Origin: an uncultured virus (IMG/VR IMGVR_UViG_3300045240_000158)
Taxonomy: Duplodnaviria; Heunggongvirae; Uroviricota; Caudoviricetes
Reading direction: 5' to 3' (one strand)
Length of the DNA stretch: 64,000 bases
Virus record (IMG/VR): IMGVR_UViG_3300045240_000158
How positions within the stretch are numbered: the first letter of the stretch is position 1; every line of letters starts with the position of its first letter. The position numbers were made by a program, and so were the translations under genes. The notes under the pieces are model-generated. The model was given only the letters and a program-made list of their open reading frames with translations. It made no database searches and had not been told where the DNA came from. This document shows, one piece after another, positions 39,901 to 48,416 of this stretch.

Positions 39901-40475
39901 CGACAGCGACCGTCTGCGATTTCACCGAGGACGGTCGACGCGAGATCGCACTGCTTCAGTTCGGGCCGGACGGAGCGGTCGTTCGAGCCAAGCCGCTACG
40001 CGGCCCGTGGAGTCCGCAGGCCCAGAAGAATTGGATGCCCTTCGTCATGGGGGACGTCCTACGGTTCATCTACGCGACACATCCCACGACGGTATTCGAG
40101 CTGATCCACGCGGAGAACCACGACCACAGGGTCCTGCACGCGCCGAACGCGTCCCTCGGACATGGGCGTCTTCGTGGTGGATCACAAGGTGTCCGCTTCG
40201 ACGGCGGCTGGATCTTCATCGTGCACGACGTCGCCTTCCCGGGAGACGGCCGGATCTATCTCCACCGCTTCGTCTTCTTCGACGCCGATCTTTGCCTCGT
40301 TTCGATGACCCCGCTGTTCTACTTCGAGCGGTTGGGGATCGAGTTCTGCGCGGGTCTGGCTCAGGTCGGCGACAAGCTCGTCGCGAGCTACGCGGTCAAC
40401 GACGGTTCGGCGCGGCTCGGGGTCTTCGATGCGCAGGCTGTCCGGCGCGAGCTGCGCAAAGATTTCGTGATCTGA
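36939..40475 (+). CDS. multidomain glycan enzyme: HtrL-like + methyltransferase + GT2 + TPR + beta-propeller
   Basis: TFVTSLYDL/WIDMG; VETGT/FYLDAH/IDD; MIVKNE/DTGSTDGT; FYLGQT/PRRAE; NPS/FEDMRL/KNW/LRGG/IEFC. Confidence 0.85.
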   Translation: MKTLTFVTSLYDLVKRGSTEHRTFDWLFAHADFVLGLDRELVIFTDPELETELRKRRGSRRTKIVPVSFEKLLSADRVAAVARGALQRNAHRLKVTPSYVQLMWAKYAMLDMALEITSTSHLGWIDMGITHVAKLPPEGVDVFADPSDAPRVHVLRCFGKRDVDAMDYWYSVQGHLAGGLVVGARGRMRDLIDDFWNATDRAISMGLSPLDEGLLSYVVGQDPSRYAYSYGDYEDILRNHDLSRGGEGHCKWIVEDAINRGLPSMMGARSRSTLMGMYEHGFIQKVIGQYPGHVATRVVETGTCTGYSTRKLSRLYSRVDTVELGEDLAAQTQGRMTIEGYRNVHFHVGDSARVLRSIAPEIHEPCVFYLDAHWSGDETVDWASSEWKGYGVATAHRGKSGERPSSEDQVPLLAELRAICEEFPHRAIVYIDDYGLFGADGRGKWDVGFIGNDWSHLHVDDLKKVCEGRLVDWVVDSSGLQVAIVLAAADEPVEKVPRVTVVVAPPRPVASGDRPLLGLVMIVKNEAKRVASVLASYRPYIDSWTILDTGSTDGTQDLVRGELAGIPGTLHEEPFVDFATSRNRALDLHGISTVFSIMPNGDVLQGGAELRTFLEAHTRDRAGAYRVRIAPGHYYHPLVMRCGAGWRYKWRTHECAMGPDLGPQIPGVTVHRDRGQRTDAEWRQRWERDLVLLNQDREADLSDPRPYFYLGQTHECLGQYAEALPFFEQRATMGGYFDEVFEAKLRIGKMKEKIGRPWAEVQQAYLEAYAHDPRRAEPLYLISEHWYDKEIHSVARVFAVAAAKTPKPPTDLFLDEDVYTWKAADRAAISSYYAGHKDDARHWADVALRWSPDDERLRANRAFSTQSAGELFGAVARPIEFSPEPGWQASNPSIYSDGTEVRCVVRTVNYRIVNGRYVTPPDDVVRDEGPWKDWQLIRTRNFLLDLDAGLKTQCSVELVDATNTPRTTYPVHGFEDMRLFAWRGSWWATATVCDFTEDGRREIALLQFGPDGAVVRAKPLRGPWSPQAQKNWMPFVMGDVLRFIYATHPTTVFELIHAENHDHRVLHAPNASLGHGRLRGGSQGVRFDGGWIFIVHDVAFPGDGRIYLHRFVFFDADLCLVSMTPLFYFERLGIEFCAGLAQVGDKLVASYAVNDGSARLGVFDAQAVRRELRKDFVI

Positions 40476-40517
40476 GAGGCAGCTGGCGACGTAGCGGGGC
40501 GCATGCGATAAACGAGC

Positions 40518-41021
40518 ATGGTCGCGCTAGCTACGTTGCAAGGCTCCCGGCCGGTCGTCTACGACGGCGTCCGCCCCGATCTCTGTCCGGCGCTCGAGCA
40601 GATCATCTTGGGTCGGATGCAGCGTGCCCGCGGCCGAAAGGTCGGGTCGATCAACGTCGGTGGCTGGAAGTCGGGCGAGGACTTCTTCGCGTGGCCTGAC
40701 GAAGCGGTTCAGACGCTGCGCGAGACGATCGTCGGCATGATCGGAGCGCGGTCACCGGTGGGCTGGACGATGGTGAATCGCGCGGGGAGCTATCATCCGC
40801 GGCATCAACATCCGATCGCGACCCTCACCGGAATCTTTTACGTGACGGCCGGCAGCCCGGAGGCGGTCACGCCGACGGTGTTCGAGTGCGAGGACGGTGA
40901 TCTGGAGGTCGATCCTCATCCGGGACGGCTCGCGCTGTTTCCCGGTACTTTGTGGCACAGCCTCCCGTCCTATCCGGGAAACCTGCCACGGATCACCGTC
41001 GCGTTTGACGTGCGCCGCTAA
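40518..41021 (+). CDS. 2OG-Fe(II) oxygenase (TIGR02466-like)
   Basis: SINVGGWKS, HQH, GIFYV, FPGTLWH, RITVAF. Confidence 0.75.
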   Translation: MVALATLQGSRPVVYDGVRPDLCPALEQIILGRMQRARGRKVGSINVGGWKSGEDFFAWPDEAVQTLRETIVGMIGARSPVGWTMVNRAGSYHPRHQHPIATLTGIFYVTAGSPEAVTPTVFECEDGDLEVDPHPGRLALFPGTLWHSLPSYPGNLPRITVAFDVRR

Positions 41022-41029
41022 GCCTAGAG

Positions 41030-41461
41030 TCACGAGATGCGTGCGCGGACCTCGCTGTCGCCGAGGATATACAGCGCCAGCGCTCGGTGATTTCCGTCGG
41101 TGATGTAGTAGCGCTGGAGGGGAACGATGCGCACGGCAGCGCTGGCCCGATGCGCGCCGACCGTACCTTGCGCCTTGGACTTCACTCGGATGCCTTTCGG
41201 ATCGATCTCGTAGATCCCTTCGCGTCCCTTGTCCACGAGCCACCGGAGGGCTTCACGCTGGGCGGCCCAGCCCTCGTGCGAGGGTACCTCGGCGCCTTCG
41301 TACGCGCGCTTGACCCTGGTCGCCAGGTCGAGGAAGGGTCGGTCATACAGCGTGCGGAAGCCGAAGACGTCGCGGAAGCCCCAGCGACGATCGCGGTGGA
41401 GGCCGATCTCGCGGTGGCCTAGGACCAGGCGCGAGAAGGGTACCGCGATCCATTTTGGCAT
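41030..41461 (-). CDS. ParB/sulfiredoxin-like domain protein
   Basis: YYITDGNHRALA. Confidence 0.6.
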   Translation of the reverse strand: MPKWIAVPFSRLVLGHREIGLHRDRRWGFRDVFGFRTLYDRPFLDLATRVKRAYEGAEVPSHEGWAAQREALRWLVDKGREGIYEIDPKGIRVKSKAQGTVGAHRASAAVRIVPLQRYYITDGNHRALALYILGDSEVRARIS

Positions 41462-41568
41462 CGGCCCATGTATATCGCGAGACCGTTCGACGATCACCGC
41501 TCTGTACCGGGGGCATGTCGAAAATTCGCCCCGTTCTTGGTCTTGATGGAAGATGGCTCAACCTGCCA

Positions 41569-42219
41569 ATGCCCGAGATTAAGATCATCGGTTCGCAAGA
41601 CCACGACGAGGACGATTGCGAGCGAGGCGAGCGAGGGAAGCGCGGCAAGCGGGGTCCTCGGGGCCACGAGGGCCCGACCGGACCAGCAGGCACCGCTACT
41701 AACACTGGCGCGACGGGCCCGACGGGGTTCACCGGCAGTACGGGCCCCACCGGACCGAATGCGGGGCTTGCGTCCTATGGTTATGCCGTAGGAACCGACG
41801 ACGCGGACATCGATTCGGGGACCGACGTCACCTTCGACCAAGGAGCGCTCGTCTTCCGCAACATCGTAGCGCCCGCGCCTGGTGGCACTTCGTTCACGAT
41901 TCTGGAGGACGGGGACTACGAGTACAACTTCTACGCTGTCGGACAGCATAATGCTGCGTCGACCACGTCGATGTTGCTCGGGATCTCTTTGAACGGCGTT
42001 GCTCCGGCAACGGCGAATTCGTTTCGCAGCAATCAAGGAGACAACGACAACGATAGACAGGTTGTTCGCGGCGAGGGAATCATCACCTTGTTAGCAGGTA
42101 CCGTTGTTACGCTGCGCAACCTGGGTGACCGGATATCTTTCGCAGCTGCTGTTCCTGGTGGCGGAACGAGCGCGAATCGAACGCTCTCCCTGATATGGCT
42201 CGCCCCTCCAGCGCTTTAG
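41569..42219 (+). CDS. collagen-like fibre protein 1 (BclA-like beta C-domain)
   Basis: GERGKRGKRG, GPT triplets; FTILEDGDYEYNF, TVVTLRN; alternative start 41515. Confidence 0.8.
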   Translation: MPEIKIIGSQDHDEDDCERGERGKRGKRGPRGHEGPTGPAGTATNTGATGPTGFTGSTGPTGPNAGLASYGYAVGTDDADIDSGTDVTFDQGALVFRNIVAPAPGGTSFTILEDGDYEYNFYAVGQHNAASTTSMLLGISLNGVAPATANSFRSNQGDNDNDRQVVRGEGIITLLAGTVVTLRNLGDRISFAAAVPGGGTSANRTLSLIWLAPPAL

Positions 42220-42284
42220 CCTAGCGGTCGGTCGGACATCGAAGGCGAAGGATCTTCGATCTCTCTGAGCTAGGATCGACATAC

Positions 42285-42635
42285 ATGACAACGACCGTCA
42301 CCAAGCCATGGGGCCACGAGCTGATCTGGGCCAAGACCGATCGCTACGTCGGCAAGATCCTCCACGTACGTGCCGGTGAGGCTCTCTCCCTCCAGTACCA
42401 CCGGGTGAAGGACGAGACGATCATGGTCCTTGCTGGCCTGTTGCGCTTCGAGTTCTTCGCCGAGGGTGAAGCACTTCAGACGCGCGAGCTTCTGCCCGGG
42501 GAGCCTGTGCATATCGTGCCCGGCATGCGTCACCGGATGATCGCGATCGAAGATACCGACGTGCTCGAGGTTTCGACGCCGGAGCTGGACGACGTGGTGC
42601 GCCTCGAAGACCGTTACGGGCGCGAGGGACGATAG
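42285..42635 (+). CDS. cupin (mannose-6-phosphate isomerase C-domain-like)
   Basis: KPWGHE, LSLQYH, HRM, VLEVSTPELDDVVRLEDRYGR. Confidence 0.85.
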   Translation: MTTTVTKPWGHELIWAKTDRYVGKILHVRAGEALSLQYHRVKDETIMVLAGLLRFEFFAEGEALQTRELLPGEPVHIVPGMRHRMIAIEDTDVLEVSTPELDDVVRLEDRYGREGR

Positions 42636-42703
42636 ACGCTAGGCGCTGCGCGCTGGGTGGCCGTTTTGTTGCCCAGCTCGGCAGAAAAACCTATCGTTGT
42701 CGC

Positions 42704-43246
42704 ATGGCTAACGCCCTGATCCTCAACCCGGGTTGCGATGATGACTGTGACGAGGAGCGCGGGGAGCGTGGGAAACGCGGCCACCGTGGCCACCGCGGCC
42801 ATCGGGGCTCGACGGGTAGCACGGGTCCGACGGGTCCGACGGGGTCTTCAGGAACCGGCTCAGGCGCCATGTTCAAGTTCTCTGGCGTGGCTGCCACCAC
42901 CACCGACGGTCCGGCGGACGTCACGTTTCTGGCGGACGTCGGCTACGACACGGGCACGCCGCGCGAGACGACCGCTGTGGGCTATCCGCTGCCCGCCGCC
43001 CGCACGGTCGTGAGCATGTCCGTGAATATCCCGACGGTGCTCGCTGGTGGCTCGGTGGTCGTGGTCGAGCTCCTCGACAATGGAGTCCCTGTGCCTGGGT
43101 TCGTGTTGACGTTCAACGCCGCTGGTGTCCAGACCGTGACCCCGGCGCCGGTCACGATCGCCGCCAACCACCTGATCGACGTCCGCGTCACCGGATCTGG
43201 CAGCGATCAGACCTTCGATATCGCGGCAGTCGTCGCGTTCGCGTAA
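42704..43246 (+). CDS. collagen-like fibre protein 2
   Basis: DDDCDE, GERGKRGHRG, GST/GPT triplets, beta C-domain. Confidence 0.8.
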   Translation: MANALILNPGCDDDCDEERGERGKRGHRGHRGHRGSTGSTGPTGPTGSSGTGSGAMFKFSGVAATTTDGPADVTFLADVGYDTGTPRETTAVGYPLPAARTVVSMSVNIPTVLAGGSVVVVELLDNGVPVPGFVLTFNAAGVQTVTPAPVTIAANHLIDVRVTGSGSDQTFDIAAVVAFA

Positions 43247-43260
43247 CGCCGTACGGCGCT

Positions 43261-43301
43261 GAAAATTCGCGCGACGCCAAGGATCGAGAGAAGCTAGGTC
43301 C
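43261..43301 (+). promoter_or_regulatory. conserved 41-nt upstream element of collagen genes
   Basis: GAAAATTCGCGCGACGCCAAGGATCGAGAGAAGCTAGGTCC; near-identical at 46775. Confidence 0.65.
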
Positions 43302-44165
43302 ATGTCGGACATCAAAGTCGGCGGTTTCGGCTTGGAAGGGCCCAAGGGCGAGCGCGGCAAGCGCGGCGAGCGGGGGCATCGCGGCCCGACGGGTTCGACA
43401 GGCAGCACGGGTCCAGCGGGAACAGCCACGAACACTGGAGCAACCGGCCCGACCGGCCCGACTGGTTTCACGGGGCCGACGGGTTCCACTGTCGGGACGC
43501 TCATCGGTCGGCAGACCTTCACCACCGCCGGATCCGGCACGTATACGCCCACGCCTGGAACGACCTCTGCGATCGTGCGCGGCAGCGGCGGCGGTGGTGG
43601 TGGCGGCGGTTCGGCGATCACGCCCGGCGGAAACGTTTCTGCGGGTAGCGGTGGAAATTCAGGGATCGCTGTCGAGCGCAGGGTTTCTGCGCCGCCCAAC
43701 ACGCTCTTGACGGGCGGTCCCATTACCGTCGGAGCTGGGGGAGCTGGCGGTGTGGGCGTCGGCGGCACAGATGGCGGTGATTCGACGCTCGTGATCGGTG
43801 GGTTGACCTTGACCGCGCCTGGCGGTCGCGGCGGGAACACCGTGACGGGCGTGCCGCCCTTCGTCGTAGCTTCGCTCACGCAGATCGTGTTGGCCTCCAA
43901 CGTCGACTACTCCGCCGGCGATCAAGGCGAGCCTGGAGTCGCTTCTGCGACCACGGTCAGTCCGCCGGGCGCGAGTGGCGGGGCTGGAGGAAGCGGCGAC
44001 TACGGACTCGGCGGCAACGGCACCTTCAATGTCGTCGGGAATATTGCCTTCAACGGAGAAGGCAACGGTGCGGGGGGTGGCGGAAATTCGGATCCTCCCG
44101 GCAGCGCGGCGGGCACTGGAGGTAACGGCGCCCCCGGGATCTGGATCATCGAAGAGTACGCCTGA
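43302..44165 (+). CDS. collagen-like fibre protein 3 with glycine-rich tail-fibre-type domain
   Basis: Collagen triplets; [28 protein letters not shown]. Confidence 0.85.
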   Translation: MSDIKVGGFGLEGPKGERGKRGERGHRGPTGSTGSTGPAGTATNTGATGPTGPTGFTGPTGSTVGTLIGRQTFTTAGSGTYTPTPGTTSAIVRGSGGGGGGGGSAITPGGNVSAGSGGNSGIAVERRVSAPPNTLLTGGPITVGAGGAGGVGVGGTDGGDSTLVIGGLTLTAPGGRGGNTVTGVPPFVVASLTQIVLASNVDYSAGDQGEPGVASATTVSPPGASGGAGGSGDYGLGGNGTFNVVGNIAFNGEGNGAGGGGNSDPPGSAAGTGGNGAPGIWIIEEYA

Positions 44166-44238
44166 TCTGTCCGGTCTGCCGCGGCAGCATCCTGGCCTGG
44201 CGTGATCGCACGGAACGCGGCGGTGTTATCGTCGCCGC

Positions 44239-44535
44239 ATGGCCCTGACCTTACCCGCCGACGCCGGTGAGCCGATGTCGGCGGTGCTCGTCGCGGACGC
44301 CGAGGTGCGTTGCCACAAGTTTCCCGCTGGCACGCGTCAGGTCTCGTTGCGTAACACGGGTACGAACACGCTGTGGATCTCGCTCGATCAGCAAAACTTC
44401 TTCGACGTGGCCGTGGGGACATCGTGGGATGACCGGGTGTGCGTCACCAGTCTCTGGTACTGCACGCAGCTCGGAACGACGGCGTTCGTGGTGATCGGCT
44501 TGGCATTGATGAGCACTCCAGAAGGCGAGGGCTGA
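44239..44535 (+). CDS. small beta-rich hypothetical protein
   Basis: QVSLRNTGTNTLWIS. Confidence 0.6.
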   Translation: MALTLPADAGEPMSAVLVADAEVRCHKFPAGTRQVSLRNTGTNTLWISLDQQNFFDVAVGTSWDDRVCVTSLWYCTQLGTTAFVVIGLALMSTPEGEG

Positions 44536-44537
44536 TC

Positions 44538-45011
44538 GTGTTTTCGCACTACCCTAAGATCGTCTCAAACGTGGTGCTCGCGTGGGTCCAGCCTCCGCCA
44601 CCAGATGTTCCGCCGCGTGAGGGGCTGCCCGATTTTGTCGGGCGTCCGTTCTCCACGCTGAATCGCTTCAAGGAACCGATCGGCCCCGGCGAGGCGGTCG
44701 TCGGCTACCACGACGCGCAGCCGTTCACGCGTTTCTACGGGACCGTCTTCGCAGATCGCGCGCTCGAGGTCACGATCGCGTTCTCCAACGACGACGTGGA
44801 CTCCGACGGGCGCGTGATCGGCGACGACAACATCAGCGCGCTTCACTACGACGGCGAGGCGCTGAAGCAGTTCTACGATCCGCAGAAACAGGGACCGACG
44901 GGGAAGTTTTTCTGCACGATCTACGGCCGCTTCATCCGCGTCGAGATCAAGAACACGGGTGAGGCCCCGACGAAGGAGCTGCGCGTCTACGTTCGGGGCA
45001 GTGTTTTCTAG
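44538..45011 (+). CDS. beta-rich hypothetical protein
   Basis: GTG start after GAGG; RFIRVEIKNTG. Confidence 0.65.
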   Translation: MFSHYPKIVSNVVLAWVQPPPPDVPPREGLPDFVGRPFSTLNRFKEPIGPGEAVVGYHDAQPFTRFYGTVFADRALEVTIAFSNDDVDSDGRVIGDDNISALHYDGEALKQFYDPQKQGPTGKFFCTIYGRFIRVEIKNTGEAPTKELRVYVRGSVF

Positions 45012-45229
45012 TGACCAAGCACGAGATCAAGACGCCTGTCGGCGGCAGCGTGTGGACGCACTCGGTCGGTGTTGGGCAGCGCGTGATCGCGGGGACGACG
45101 CTCCTCATCTGCGAGGTGATGAAGTGCGAATTCCCGCTGGAGACCGACGTGGGCGGGACCGTCGCGTGGCTTCTCCCGTGTGGCGAGACGATCGAGGCTG
45201 GGGATGTTGTCGCGATCCTGGACGTGTGA
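45011..45229 (+). CDS. stand-alone biotin/lipoyl carrier-like domain
   Basis: PVGGSV...VGQRV...EVMKCE...GTV...GETIEAGDVVA (E-x-M-K). Confidence 0.75.
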   Translation: MTKHEIKTPVGGSVWTHSVGVGQRVIAGTTLLICEVMKCEFPLETDVGGTVAWLLPCGETIEAGDVVAILDV

Positions 45230-45237
45230 CGCGTGAC

Positions 45238-45426
45238 CTATTCGATCACGCGCGCGATTTCCCACGATCGCTGCTGGGCGTAGGCCGTCGCGCGGGTGCG
45301 CGCGGTGACTGCGGTCGGCAGTGTCGCCGTGCCGTACAGAATCTCGGCGTCGTTCGCGTCGGCGATCTCGGCGTAGTAGCCGTTATCGCGCGCGTAGACC
45401 AAGATCACGACTTGACGCATATCCAT
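45238..45426 (-). CDS. small hypothetical protein
   Basis: ORF in minus-strand block. Confidence 0.5.
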   Translation of the reverse strand: MDMRQVVILVYARDNGYYAEIADANDAEILYGTATLPTAVTARTRATAYAQQRSWEIARVIE

Positions 45427-45481
45427 TGTTGATCAAAGCGCGGATCGCCATGCCAGGCAAGTTATCTGACGTACGCCCTAA

Positions 45482-45985
45482 CTACGGCGCGATCCGCTCG
45501 CGGCGACGAATCGCGCGAAAGGGCACGCCGCGTTCGTTCTCGCGGTACTCACGCAGGCGCTCCTTCGCCTCCTTCCAATTCTCCTCGGCGGTGACGTCCT
45601 CCCAGCCGTGGCCATAGCCGTAGTTGCCCTGGACGACCCACATGATCTGGGTCTTGCGCGCGCGTGTCGAATGCGATCCAGGACTGCGCTTCGGTGTCGC
45701 AAGTGCCTTGGCGATCTCACGGTCGAGTTGTGTCGGACTCTTCTTGCGCGTGGTCGCGTGGTGCCGCGTCGTTGGTTTCCATGTCTCGAGCCAACGTGGA
45801 TGCGTCCAGTTCCCCGCAACCTCGGGCAACACCCGATCTCGGATGTACGCGTCGACCGTGTTGTTCCATGCCTCGCGCCGCGCGGGCTTGTCGGGGATGC
45901 CGTCCTGCTCGTAGCGCTCGATGAGCGACGGCAAGACCTCCTCGCGAAACATCTCCTCGAACTGGCGCTTCGTCATCTTCGGCAT
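45482..45985 (-). CDS. two-domain basic protein with HATTRKKSPTQLDREIA linker
   Basis: Linker shared with CDS 7442; VVQGNYGYGHGWEDV C-domain. Confidence 0.75.
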   Translation of the reverse strand: MPKMTKRQFEEMFREEVLPSLIERYEQDGIPDKPARREAWNNTVDAYIRDRVLPEVAGNWTHPRWLETWKPTTRHHATTRKKSPTQLDREIAKALATPKRSPGSHSTRARKTQIMWVVQGNYGYGHGWEDVTAEENWKEAKERLREYRENERGVPFRAIRRRERIAP

Positions 45986-45998
45986 GTCGCTCTCGATA

Positions 45999-46496
45999 CT
46001 ACTTCGCGAGCGCGTGCTCGCGCCAGAACGCGGCACTCGCCGACGGATCCTTGCAGCCCGGATCGCCCGGTTCCTGCGGTGCGAGGGGACCGCCGAATGC
46101 CGTGTACAAGATGCAGGCGTATTTGAGCTTGCCGTAGCCGTCACAGAGGTCGCACGCCCCAGGGGCGCCGAGCTTTCCGGCGCATCGCGGGCAGACGTCG
46201 GCCTCCTCGTGCGGCCCGGCGATCACGGTCACTTCGTGCTGCTGCCGCGGCGGCAGATCGATGAGGCGCGACGTCCAGGTCCGCGTGCCGCGGGCAGCGT
46301 ACATGACCTCGTCCTCGCTGATGATCGGATCACCCATCAGCGGGCCGTAGAGCCCACACGGAACGGTCCCCAGCTCCGCAGGGAGCGTGATCGTCTCGAT
46401 GAAGAAGCTCGTCCGATCGGCGAACCGATCGAGGAGGTAGCGGAGTTGGGCATCTGTGAGACCGTGGTCGACGTGGCTGTCGGGGTGTTTGATCAT
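45999..46496 (-). CDS. hypothetical protein with zinc-finger insertion
   Basis: SHVDH, CPRC...CDLC, LYTAFGGPLAPQEPGD. Confidence 0.7.
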   Translation of the reverse strand: MIKHPDSHVDHGLTDAQLRYLLDRFADRTSFFIETITLPAELGTVPCGLYGPLMGDPIISEDEVMYAARGTRTWTSRLIDLPPRQQHEVTVIAGPHEEADVCPRCAGKLGAPGACDLCDGYGKLKYACILYTAFGGPLAPQEPGDPGCKDPSASAAFWREHALAK

Positions 46497-46732
46497 GGTG
46501 CTTTCATCTCATCGACGTTGCTGGCCGGGGTTTCTGACAGACGCACGACGATTTCCTTCCTCCGACCCGCGACCAGAGCTTTTTCGCAGCGCTTGCATGG
46601 GCGGTTGCCGCACGGCGACTGCCGCTGGCCGATCTCGATGCCGCAGAGCGTGCGGTGCGCGTCGATCGTCTGGTGCTCGCAGATGTCGCCGTGGCTATCG
46701 ATCCGGTCGACCTTGGTCGGGGTGCCTGTCAT
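46493..46732 (-). CDS. small Cys-rich protein
   Basis: TLCG...CKRC; ATGA overlap. Confidence 0.5.
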   Translation of the reverse strand: MTGTPTKVDRIDSHGDICEHQTIDAHRTLCGIEIGQRQSPCGNRPCKRCEKALVAGRRKEIVVRLSETPASNVDEMKAP

Positions 46733-46774
46733 CTGCTCAGAAGACGTCCTCCGGTGTGCGATCTGACAGCTGCC

Positions 46775-46815
46775 GAAAATTCGCGTGACGCCAAGGATCG
46801 AGAGAAGATAGGTTC
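46775..46815 (+). promoter_or_regulatory. conserved 41-nt upstream element of collagen genes
   Basis: Near-identical to 43261-43301. Confidence 0.65.
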
Positions 46816-47406
46816 ATGTCTGACATCAAGCTCGGTTCCGAAGGTTCGCGTGGACCACGCGGCGAACGCGGCGAGCACGGCGAGCGCGGCCGTCCGGGAC
46901 CGACGGGAGCTACGGGATCAACTGGAGCAACGGGCCCAGCCGGCAGTGCTACGGCGACAGGAGCGACGGGGGCGACGGGGCCGACGGGGGCGACGGGGGC
47001 GACAGGGCCGACGGGACCGACGGGACCGACGGGACGCACGGGACCGACGGGGCCGACGGGCAGCACGGGCAGCACGGGCAGCACGGGCAGCACGGGGCCG
47101 ACTGGAGCAGACGGTAACGTTGCTCCACTCATCGCTGCTGCCCGCGTCAACGATGACGGCACCTTCGCGGCCAACCATCCCGGTTTTTCGGGGGTGTCTC
47201 ACCTTGGTCCGGGTGCTTACGAGCTCACCTTGGCAAGCCCGCCGGCAAACATGAGCAACGCGGTCATCCAAGCTACGATCGGGGCCGTGGCGGGCGAAAT
47301 CGCATGGTCAGTCGGCGGCCCGGGCCTGGTTCGAGTCTTCACGTTCGATTCAACGGGGGCCTCGGTCGACGAGCCCTTCACGGTCTCTGTCATTAACGTG
47401 ACGTAA
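46816..47406 (+). CDS. collagen-like fibre protein 4
   Basis: MSDIK; long GAT/GPT/GST run; beta C-domain. Confidence 0.85.
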   Translation: MSDIKLGSEGSRGPRGERGEHGERGRPGPTGATGSTGATGPAGSATATGATGATGPTGATGATGPTGPTGPTGRTGPTGPTGSTGSTGSTGSTGPTGADGNVAPLIAAARVNDDGTFAANHPGFSGVSHLGPGAYELTLASPPANMSNAVIQATIGAVAGEIAWSVGGPGLVRVFTFDSTGASVDEPFTVSVINVT

Positions 47407-47459
47407 GCGCGAATCCCGCGAGTTTCCACGCCTTCGGCGTTCCGTGGTAGGACTATGCT

Positions 47460-47927
47460 GTGCTGCCGCCCGCGCGTCACACTGGCGCCAACGACTCGCT
47501 CGCCGCAGGTTACGGACGGCAGAAGCTCAAGCTCGCGGCGATCGGGTACGTGAGCGCACGGCACGGTGTCGACGCGGACGCCGATCTTGTCCGGTCCGGT
47601 TTGGCGCTCCTGGCACAGACGGCACTCGAATACTACGAGGCCCTCAAGGGGGCCTTCCCCAAGGATCGTCCCGCCGATCCCTACTTCTTGATCGACGCTG
47701 TGGACGTGCCGGAGGCCACACGCGCCCGGCAACGTCTCAAGCTCGCAGCGATCGCGTATGTCAACGCGCGGCACGGGATGGACGCAGATCGTGGAATGTC
47801 CATCGCCGGTCTGGCGCTTTTGGCGCAGGCTGCGCTCGAGTATTACGAGGTGCTCGCGGCTGTCGGCGGCGCCTCGAAGAAGGCCCCGATCGAAGTACAA
47901 CGTCAGCTCGGCAATGGTGCTCGATGA
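47460..47927 (+). CDS. hypothetical protein with internal duplication
   Basis: RQxLKLAAIxYVxARHGxDAD...GLALLAQxALEYYE twice. Confidence 0.75.
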   Translation: MLPPARHTGANDSLAAGYGRQKLKLAAIGYVSARHGVDADADLVRSGLALLAQTALEYYEALKGAFPKDRPADPYFLIDAVDVPEATRARQRLKLAAIAYVNARHGMDADRGMSIAGLALLAQAALEYYEVLAAVGGASKKAPIEVQRQLGNGAR

Positions 47928-47945
47928 GCGGTAAGCTGTGAGCAC

Positions 47946-48416
47946 ATGAGCGCGGGCTACGGACGAGGCTACTACGGGGACGAGCAGCTTGCGAAGCCTC
48001 CGAAGCGCAAGGGCTTCCCCTGGGTCAAGATCGCGCTCGTCGTGGGTGTCGGTGCTGTGGTCTGGTTCATGTGGCCGCGGCGGCCGAGCGTCCAGCCCTG
48101 GCCCGTCACGTCTCCGCCGCCGCCGACGCCTCCACCGCCGGAATCACTTCCCGTGCAGGCCCTGCCGGCAGCGTTCCAGCCGCAGATGCAGCAACTGCCA
48201 CAGCCAGCTCTGCCGCAGGCGCAAGCGCTCTCGGCGCCCTTGCAGATCGCCGCCGCACCCACACAGGCCACACAGTTCGCGCAGTCGCGCGGCTATCCCT
48301 CGACGAAGGAGTATGAGGACGCCGTCGTCGCGAGCGCGCGGCAGCTCAAGGACTCGGGAGCCCAGATCGTGCTGGCCCCGCATCTCGCGCACCTCACGCC
48401 GCGTCTGGGGTCGTGA
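47946..48416 (+). CDS. single-TM Pro/Gln-rich protein with RGYYG tag
   Basis: MSAGYGRGYYG; TM IALVVGVGAVVWFMW. Confidence 0.75.
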   Translation: MSAGYGRGYYGDEQLAKPPKRKGFPWVKIALVVGVGAVVWFMWPRRPSVQPWPVTSPPPPTPPPPESLPVQALPAAFQPQMQQLPQPALPQAQALSAPLQIAAAPTQATQFAQSRGYPSTKEYEDAVVASARQLKDSGAQIVLAPHLAHLTPRLGS

